Origin: Dicyema japonicum
Taxonomy: Eukaryota; Animalia; Dicyemida
DNA length: 64,000 nucleotides
Assembly (NCBI GenBank): GCA_011109175.1
Contig: RDEW01000013.1
Coordinates: forward strand, 659,221 to 723,220
Reading direction: 5' to 3'
Each line of letters begins with the position of its first letter. The first letter of the stretch is position 1. The notes under the pieces are model-generated. The model made no database searches. It had not been told where the DNA came from and worked only from the letters and a program-made list of their open reading frames with translations. Below, piece after piece: positions 55,001 to 64,000 of this stretch. Position numbers and translations under genes: made by a program.

Positions 55001-55480
55001 GCATAATACCAGATCTTTCAGTTCAAAAGTTTCAATAAGTTTGGAATATACTTTGAAATAAGAAAAGTCGACGAACTCTGAGGTGGGATGTAAATATTAC
55101 ACAGTGTAAAACGTCTTGAGGGTGAGAAAGGAACTTCGATAGAGAATTGCTCCAGAATAGAGTCTCCTTCGCAAAAAGAAGATTCAAACGGGGTGACATC
55201 GGTGAACAAAAGACCCTCCCTAACAAACGTCAATAATCCTCCACCGAGACTTCTTGTCCGGTCCTTTCAGAGTATATTGTAGCCAGGGAAGCGTGGGATG
55301 ACGATGACCTGGAAGTTTAGACTCCTGAATAATGGCAATGTCCACTTTCAAACGGGCCAAAGGGAACGTAGCTCCTGCACTTTATTACGGATTCCATTGA
55401 CATTGAGTTGGAGAATGACCAGCGTCGAATCAGGACCCGAGTTAGGTTTGATGTCTCCAGCCTGGAGTAGCAAATTGGGA
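52100..55480 (-). mobile_element. Decayed APE-RT LINE with 2A-like leader, interrupted by a pogo element
   Basis: LLLQAGDIKPNSGP, ILQLNVNGI, FQHGFR, DIQKAFDSV and NGVPQGSPLSP. Confidence 0.85.
53075..54175 (-). mobile_element. pogo/Tigger remnant with one end visible
   Basis: TA|CAGTAAACTCTC terminus; IYNLDET and IQPIDLGII motifs. Confidence 0.75.
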
Positions 55481-57186
55481 ACGACGAAATTGGTAGGCCA
55501 CCCTTCCAAAAGACGTAGAGGGGTGGAGAAGTTCAAACGGTTCTTTTCATGCAAACTTGCACCGGGCGCCACCACAACAAAAGGTGAACCGCATGCCGCC
55601 ACGCTAAGATAATAAATATTTTTATAAAGTCAAAAAAGGTCAAAATTTAATTTTTTAGGTCAATAAAGTCAAAAATTTTATTGATTTTTTTTTTTTATTT
55701 ATTAATTTTATTAGCTTTTGAATTTCAACCACTGGTATTAATAACAAGCGTATGTGTTCGTACATCAGCAAGGATGTGATAAACAAGTTTTTATTAAAAA
55801 TAATTAATTTTTTTCTACATTCGTTTTTTTAGTTTCTTTAATTTTACGAAACTTTTAATATTTTGTTAGAGTTTGTGGCATAAATTTATGAATGCCTTTT
55901 TCTAATTTATTGAAAATATGATTGTTTTAATGTTGTCGACTCATAATCATCATTTCCGTTAAAACGTTTAATTGTCTGTCTCTTCTTGAATCACGTTGAA
56001 ATTAATAAAGCTATATTCTTCATCAATGTTCCAGAAATGGGAAAATATTGTTCCCTGCATAAACGCTTCGTACACTAATTAATCTAGTTTCTGTGATTTC
56101 TCTACTGAAATATTTTTTATTTCAGGATTGCGATCATTAATATTATTTTCGTTAAAATGAACAAATCCATTTTGAAAAAAAATTACAAATATTTTTCTTA
56201 ATCCTAAATACAGAACCTGAAATTGCATAAATTAAAAGCAAACCTTTACTTGTCTTGCATTTATTCATTATTTGCCTCTCAGATGATCTTTTCGAAGCCA
56301 AATCCATTGCAATCTTCAATTTAGTATTATCTTTAATCTTTCTGCAACACGAAATCACACTAAATAACAAAATTTTACGTAGAAATTTAATTTTTTTATT
56401 TTGTATTTTTTTATTAACAAAAAATTATTTTTTTAAGTAAGGGTTTTAAAAAAATTTCCAAATTTGGAAATTAATACTTAAAAATAGGCATGATTCACAA
56501 AGTTCCCCAAAAAGCGGGGGTGCTCAAAATTATCAGCTTTTTATTGAATCTTTTGTCTAATAAACATTTCAAACTAACAAGTTTATCATTTTATTAAAAT
56601 TTCACATGTGCTAGTTTAAGAATATGATTTTCTCATTCCACCTACCGATTCTAGGCACAATGAGGTCACTAATGCTTAGTCGAATATGATTTTCTTTGCA
56701 TAAGCTGAACAGTAATGTTTAAAAAACTTGTTTGAAGATATTGGATATCCTTTTACTTTCTTCTATGCAAAATTGTATAAAATATATGCCAAAGGTAACT
56801 TGACCGAAGCTATTTTTGAGTATTTTACATGGATTTATCATAGAGTCGGAAAAATTGGTTTGATCTAAGAAATCGATGTAAATATGTGTGAATACACAAA
56901 TAATTTTCTTCTATAAAAACAGAGTTTTATTGAAATTGGCCATCTACCCAAAATATTCTTGTCAGAAGGGGAAAATGTTTTGAAATTGTTGAATATTATT
57001 AAAAAAGTTATTGAAGTAAAGAAACTATAATTTTGATGGAAATGGAATTTTATTAGAAAGATGCTTGGAAGTAATATATTAAAATGAACTACGGAAGCAA
57101 TTTATTTACTAAATTATATGAATATTGGTTTATAAATTGATAAAGATGACAGGAAAAACTTACTTCACCGCATAAAGACGCAGCTA

Positions 57187-58650
57187 AAAAAGTAAGCACT
57201 TCCGCGTTGCCATAAGGACGTAAAATGCCTAGGGTTTCGCTCGTGCAGAACACACACTTCATTTAAGTTAAGAAAGGTTATTTTAACTAATTGTAGAGGG
57301 AGAACCAAAGGAATGCTCTTCACTTCTTTGTTTTTTTCTTTTTCTTGGGTGTCCTTTTAGACCAGAGGTTGTCAAACGGTTTGCCGTGAGACAATTTCTA
57401 GTTGCCGCCTGCCAAATACAAATTTGAATAAATTTATATACATTTTTTGACCTAATTAATTTAAAAAGATAAACAAATTAAAATAATTACTAAAATTAAA
57501 ATAATCATTTTTTATTATATATTAAATGACATTTACATTGGTTAACCATTATTTATTCCCTGTACGAGCTTGTGTGAGTACGAGGGAGGAGCACCGGGAA
57601 AGAATGAGGATTTTGGCGGAGCGCATCGGGATCACGTGATAGTTAGTTTTGGTTTTACCGTGGTCTTGGGTGTTAAATAAAAAAATAAATAATTAATTTT
57701 TTAATAACGTGCGCATCAACGTGCTTATGGGTAAATCAGTTCGTCGTTTTTATAAAGATTCTTATTTGTCATTTGGATTTATATGCAAAGATAAAAATAA
57801 ATTACCTCAATGTCTAATTTGCATGGAAGTCTTGGCAAATGATGTATGGTTCCTAGCAAACTAAAGAGACATTTTACTTCCAAGCATCCGGACTATTCCG
57901 AAAAATCTGTGGATTATGTTTTTTAAATTGGAAGGGCATTCTGAATTTGTTGAAAAAATTCAGAATCCAATGTGGTCTATAAAACTTGCGTATTTATCTG
58001 ACATTTTACAAATATTAAACGAGGTTAATGCAAGGATGTTTTGAGACTATTTTATCGTCGACGGACAAATTAAATTCTTTGAAAATGAAAATCAGTTTTT
58101 GGAGAAAAAAGGTTTTAAATGGCGATTATACTATGCTTCCTAATACGAATGGTTTATTTTATATTTTAATCATAATAAGGATATAATGGTGAATCGATGC
58201 AGGGACTGATTAATGAACATTTAATAATTTTGGAAAACAAAATGGATGCTTATTTTCCAGACTTAGAAATTGAAATGCGGGTGGCTTTTGTCAACCATTC
58301 GACCTGATATTGATGATACATGCAAAAACAATAATAATTAAGATTTCATTTTTTTATTAATAAAAATTTGGGCATTAAATTACCAATTTTTGTACTTAGT
58401 TTTACACATCTTAAAAATTTAATTTTTTATTTTTTAATGTGTGCCTACTTTTTTTACGATTAGTGTGCCGCGATAATTATTTTTTGAAAAGCTCTGTTTT
58501 AGACTATCCGGTTCCTCAGTGAATTTCCACTGATGACGGCGTCACTCGTCAAGCCCTTTTAGCATCGTAGATGCGTAGAATTTTCCACCAGGTCGAACCC
58601 GTAATCTAAGCCAATTTAGCCCGACAACTAACTATTATGCCACCCGGCTG
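57187..58650 (-). mobile_element. Complete tRNA-head SINE (about 320 bp) split by a hAT insertion
   Basis: 11-bp TSD AGACGCAGCTA at 57176-57186 and 58651-58661; both halves match 29039-29315. Confidence 0.88.
57363..58496 (+). mobile_element. Non-autonomous hAT (Charlie/ZBED5-like)
   Basis: Imperfect TIRs CAGAGGTTGTCAAA and TTTGAAAAGCTCTG; perfect 8-bp TSD TTTTAGAC at 57355-57362 and 58497-58504; BED-finger and LAYLSDI remnants. Confidence 0.92.
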
Positions 58651-59574
58651 AGACGCAGCTAGCATATTTAAAAATAGTTTTCAGCAACGATTTGTGCTGA
58701 ATTAAGTATCTGGAATCTAGATTTTCTGTTAATAAGTTTATTCTAATACGAAAATGGAAAAACAACACATTTTTATCGCATATAAGACTATTTGAAAAAT
58801 ATCTATTTAGAAAAGATTATATTATTGTAAAATTATTATCTAGGACCGAAATTTTTAACCTGTAAAAATTCTTAATCACATTATTCTATATTTTAATAAA
58901 GTTTTTGATTAGTTTTTTTCATATTTAAAATTTTTTATAGATTATTCTATATTTTATAAATTTCATAGTCAAAAATGGTCAAAATTTTGAAATTTTAAAG
59001 TTAAAGTCAATTTTTAGGTCAAAATAAAGTCAAAAAATCGCCATACTTATGACATAGGCACACGTGTAACGATATGTGTTCGATCCCCCATATAGTGTCT
59101 AAGGGTTGTCGTCCTTTGTTCTGTTCCTTCACGTTATACTAACATTGAACAATGTGATCTTCTGTCCCATGAAAGCCAGTGCTAGGATGGAGAGATCATC
59201 TGCTCTTTCTCACTTCGCTGGATCATTCCTTGGGAGGTTCTCATCTCGTTGTTATGGATAGTTTTGTATCTTCGACAATGGGGACTGAAATAAAAATTGA
59301 CTCGACAAAATAACGTCATTGGATCTTATTATTCGACAAAATTGCCTCTGAAAACGAAGCAGTTGTAGAGTTTAGGTGAATTCTTGTTCACCGTTGATCA
59401 TAACTGAAGTTGTTTGTGTCAGCTTAGCTCACTAAAGTCAGGGCACCATCTCTATATAAGGGTTCTTAAATGCTAAAATTACTGCTCACAGATGGAGTCC
59501 TTAAATGTTAATTTATGACTAAATTATGCACGAAGGGCAATAAAGGTAGACACTTTCCACCATTTAGTTAGCTT

Positions 59575-60470
59575 AAAGCACTTCCACGTTACCCATAAGC
59601 ATATGAATATTTAGGATTCCTCATTTGCCGTGGTATGAATATTAAGATTCCTCATTTGCCGTTCTACCAGTTTTCTTCATCTAAGTTTCCTTCTCGCACG
59701 TTTCTGTAGTTAATCGATGTCGTCCGCTGTTTTCTTTTCCCACCAATTTGAGCATAATCTTGATCCAGACAGAAGTATAGTTCTCTGCTGTCCGCGAAAG
59801 TCCCCAGTTGATTAAAAATCCTCATAATGAGGTTACACGGTAACACCATATTTATACGAAGAATATGCCCCCAAATCCCATGAAATTATCACTTTCTCGC
59901 TTATCGGCATGCGCATAGCTCGTAGAGTCCTGCTTTTTAGATTCTTCGGCCAGTAGATGCCTAGTATTTTTCTCACCTGATTTCTGTTATAAGCCTGCTA
60001 AGATCTGCTTTTGATGTTCCCCAAGTTCCTGAGTTGTGCAGGAAGATCGGTTTTACGAAGGCATTAAATAGACATATCCAGAGATTCAGAGAGACGTGCT
60101 TTCTACGGTCCAAATACTCCATCTCTTTTTCATTGCACAAGATTCCCGCATTATTCTGCGAGCATTTCCTCCGCATCTCCCAGAAACGAGTCGAGCTTTT
60201 TAATGAATCTTCAGCTTTCATCCACCCGCGTAGGCATTCGTTCAATCGATGTCAACTCAGTTTTTTCTTTGTTAATTTTTAATGACCATCAAAATTATCT
60301 GCGAGTTAATTTACAACTGAATTAAGTAACTCCACGTCGTCCGAAACGAAATCTAGTAGTTCAACCAGACGTTCGTTTAGGAGGCTCAATTATCCCCGAA
60401 TGTCTCTCCAAACTTCCAAATAAATTGTAAAGAACTGACGAAAGTGAGTTACCCTGAGAAGTACCAATAC
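59575..60470 (-). mobile_element. RTE-like LINE 3' remnant
   Basis: LFNAFVKPIFLHNSGTW and GHILR motifs; the 3' end resembles the SINE tail. Confidence 0.65.
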
Positions 60471-60729
60471 TCACTACGAACGTTTTTTGAATAACTTTTC
60501 CAGCATTAAATTCAATTTATTTTTTTTCGATTTTGGTTGCAAATTTTTAAAGAAAAAAATTAAAATATTATATTTTTAGTGGAAAAGTTAATTTTATTTA
60601 ATTTATGAACTTCATCGCCTCTAATCTGTCCTAAAGGATTGAAATGCTTATCGGCTCTAAAGAGCTTTGGAACTGCTTTAAGAGTAAATCACAGTGTTTG
60701 CTAAAAACTGGTAGATTTTATACTTTATT

Positions 60730-60885
60730 GTATAGCCACGTGGGTTGAAAATACACACAACCCTTCCCTGATGTCATACGATTAATACTTTTATGGAGGT
60801 TTGAACTCCTTTAAATGATGTCAGAAAGCTGGGATGGGGTGCTAGCACATTTGTGGATTGGGGGATGTTTTTACGAAATGTATAG
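60730..60885 (+). mobile_element. Possible Merlin/ISXO2-like transposase N-terminal scrap
   Basis: TWVENTH..LILLW and LG.G.STFVDW.MFLR. Confidence 0.35.
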
Positions 60886-62339
60886 ACATCCCAATGTGGA
60901 ACCGATTATAATTTATGTGGAGAAGCCATCCAATTATCATTGGTGCCCTTTTTGATTATTGATCCGATCAGACGGACTAAACCGTCCGCTTGTGAATGAG
61001 AAATAATCATGGTGAGTCATTAATCCAAAATTATGATAATTCTATGAATTTTTTAATTTAATCAAAAATAAAATCCAATTGTATACCCAAATCATATGCC
61101 AATAGGACTGGCATTTTTTTTAAAAGAATTCCACCGAAGAGTGTGTGCAGATTAAAGTATCCTGTAATGTTAAGCACAAATATGAATGGGACAGATAAAC
61201 TTGAAAATTTTCGTCAAATAATTTAACATTTAAAATTCCATGGGAAATCAAATTATCGAAAAATTTGTTAGTGATTGGCCAATGTCCAGAAATCTGCGTG
61301 GAATTAAAGCACGGATCATTTTACAGCCTATGACAAAGGAGATATTGAATTTTTTAAGTCTCACTTTAACAGCATGAAATTTGTCGATGTCAAAAATTGA
61401 AGACAGAAAGAATCCTTGTACAAAGAAATCAATTTAAAAGATGTTTCAAGCATTCAAAGTGGACTACTAAATGGCGTCTGATTGTGGAGAAGCATGAGTA
61501 GAATCTTTTTATGAACTCAGAAAAAATAAGCATTAAATATCCGAAGATATATTTAACGTTTTTGGATAGAAAAAGACGAATTACTTGAACACTTCAAAAT
61601 CTACAAGAGGAAAATATAACTAATCACTTAATACATACAAATTTATTTTAAACAATTTGACCAGGTAGATATGAGTTTTTTTAAAAACTGTAGAATTCGA
61701 AGTACAGATTTAATAAAAACAACGATTATTCTAATAAATACTTTTTGTTTAATCAGCCTTGTGGTTATTATAAAAAGTGAAATTTGACTAAATTCTGATA
61801 ATTCATACATTACATAAAAATCAATAATCCTTTTTAAGCCCTAAAAATGGCGGATACGAGAGGATTCACTGTACCAGTTATCATACATAAGGCAGACACC
61901 AATAACTATATCGATATTTTTGACTTTGTAAATCTGAAATTTTGACTTAAAAGTAAGTAAGGAACGGTTTTATGCAAGTCTCATGCAACCTGAGGCGAAC
62001 TGATGGACAGACTGCACTTCTTTGGATCAATCCTTTATAAATTTTTTATAGTCACCGTAGATAACAATTTCCTTTTTGTAGTCTTCGGAGTCCCCAAGAA
62101 GGAAGCTAAGTTTCCTCCAGTTTTCGGTACAGCGTAGCGTGTTCCATTTATTTGATCTCGACGATATCCATTTTCGAAGTGTTCATTGATAGAGACCATT
62201 TGATCATGGCGGTCTGGTGCTACCTCCAGAAGTCTAAGTGCTTTTTTGTTACATAAGACAGTCAACATCGTCGGCGTAAAACAATTAAATTTATATTTTT
62301 AATCCTTACGTCGGAATGACCCAAATCATTTTTCTTATC

Positions 62340-63900
62340 ATGGTGGCGACAAACTCGGCGTATTCTTAGTATCGCCAGCTCTATCTGTGTATGTGGGAAA
62401 GCCAAAAACTCTATGGGATATCGGGAGCGACCATATTCCACAAGAATTGGTTATTAGTGTGAGCCAGATGTTATGGAAGATGTCTTTTTTAGGTTCAACA
62501 TATCTTGGATTGGGTCCACTATAGGGTTTTCAAATTCAATAATTTGTTTGTTCTACCGAGAGAGTTTTCAACCATAGGAGATATCAATACTGCAAGTCGA
62601 GAACTAACGAATCTATGCAGTCATATTTTCACTATATGCACGAAGGGTTTTTCAAAATCATTATTTTGTGTCGCCAATTATTATGAGGCTTATTCGTGAG
62701 AGGAATCGCCTAAGGGCAAAGCAAAGGCGTTGTGTCGACAAAATAGACGGGGAATTCATATCAGCCAGAATCAGGATGATGAAGGAAGCAATCAGCAGTA
62801 TATGGAAGGAGGAGACTGACCGTATATGGACGGCTGAGGCTGCGAAAATTGATATGAAGAATCCCTCTTTTTGTAAATGCTATCAGAAGATAATGTGTCT
62901 CAAGTCGGGAGCAGAAAAAATTATATTGAATAAACCAGACGGGGGAGTATGCATAACGGAGGAAACACCTTCGATATTCAGGATCCAGCTCAAAAAAATT
63001 CAGGTGTGGATCCCTGATGACAAAAAGAAGGTGTCTGCCGATATATTTAAACACTCTGACGAGGAACTGCCTATTGCTGATAGCACTGTCAGCGTCTTTG
63101 AAGTGATGACAGCTATCAGGAAATGCAAGGTCAATGCTCCAGGATATGACCACATATCAATGAAACTTATCAAAGAGGGTCCGAATATTTTATTTGACTA
63201 TCTGCAATGTCTTTATGATGGGTGTTTACGACTTGGCCACTCCTTTAATATGGAAGAAAGCTGTCATGAGGATGATTCCAAAACCAGAGAAGCCAATAAG
63301 AGATCCTGCAAACTACAGAGTCACTAGCTTAATGTGTTCTTTCGTGAAAGTGATTGAACGTATCATTTTCAAAAGGCTAAGCAGACATATAGAAGAGAAT
63401 GACTTTCTGATTCCGGTGAAGTGGGGTTTTCGTCCCGGAAGAGGCTGTGCAGACTGTTTCTTTTTACAGAATTCTGAAATCATGAAAGCAAAGGATTCCA
63501 AAGACAAATAAACTTATTATGTCTTGATATCTCAGCTTGTTAAAGCAGCTTGTATCAGCATGTGTTCCAAGATACCTATTTGTTTGGCTAAGAAGTTATC
63601 TTCAGGAAAGACAATCTTTTGTGAAGGTGTGTGGATATATATCCGATGCAATATCATTCAAGAGGAGTACCACAAGGTTCGGTATTGAGTCCTATTTTGT
63701 TCAATATATTCATAGAGAGTTTTCCACGTCCGAGGAATATTAATACTAGTCTTCTTATTTATGCGGATGACGTAATCGTGGTACACATCTTTAAAATCTT
63801 TTATATCTGAAGGAAGAATCCGGGAGTATGTTGACCAGATTGGTGCAACTTGAGAGGGCTAAAGCTCTCTGCTGAAAAATCTTGCGCACTACGAATAAGC
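62340..63900 (+). mobile_element. Decayed APE-RT LINE
   Basis: GSDH.P, APGYDHI, NYRVTSL, GFRPGR, GVPQGSVLSP and YADD. Confidence 0.85.
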
Positions 63901-64000
63901 AATGTGAAAAAGCACCTGAAACAAGAATACACACTGGGAGTAAACAATGAACACAGAGCCATATTATGACTTTCGTTGCTGACTCCTATCTTGTAAGTCG

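Larger units (their letters stand above)
56480..59050 (+). mobile_element. Highly decayed hAT-like (DUF659/CGGBP-type) element hosting nested insertions
   Basis: Weak VRRG..VEYY and ESRFS..K.IL scraps; AAAGTCAAAA subterminal repeats at 58965-59040. Confidence 0.35.

Noticed and set aside
58530-58556. Hammerhead ribozyme core CTGATGA
   Set aside because: No GAAA follows the putative stem II, and the motif lies antisense to the SINE.
5850-63900. Prokaryotic RT systems (retron, group II intron, DGR)
   Set aside because: Where flanking domains survive, the RTs are linked to APE or RLE domains typical of eukaryotic non-LTR elements.

Overview
AT-rich animal nuclear DNA (innexin present), mostly decayed transposable elements with a few compact host genes. 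The host genes are split by very short GT-AG introns, mostly 21-28 nt. I infer a dicyemid-type reduced metazoan parasite, but this is not proven. Host genes: TTLL10-like polyglycylase, CHERP, MAK16, a TRAF/RNF41-type RING protein, an innexin, and a very divergent proteasome-subunit-like gene that the ORF track misses. Positions 1-~9990 are repeated at 15953-~25735 at high identity. Each copy contains a TSD-bounded CRE-clade retrotransposon with an N-terminal PHD finger. Other elements are R4/Dong-like RLE LINEs, APE-RT LINEs (two with relic 2A-like motifs), RTE, a tRNA-head SINE with an RTE-like tail, short elements sharing one conserved 3' tail, and hAT, Tc1, pogo/Tigger, MULE, Ginger-like and Merlin-like remnants, several nested with intact TSDs. 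Many single-base frameshifts, even in conserved host genes, may be assembly indel errors. All calls come from reading motifs by eye; no database searches were run.
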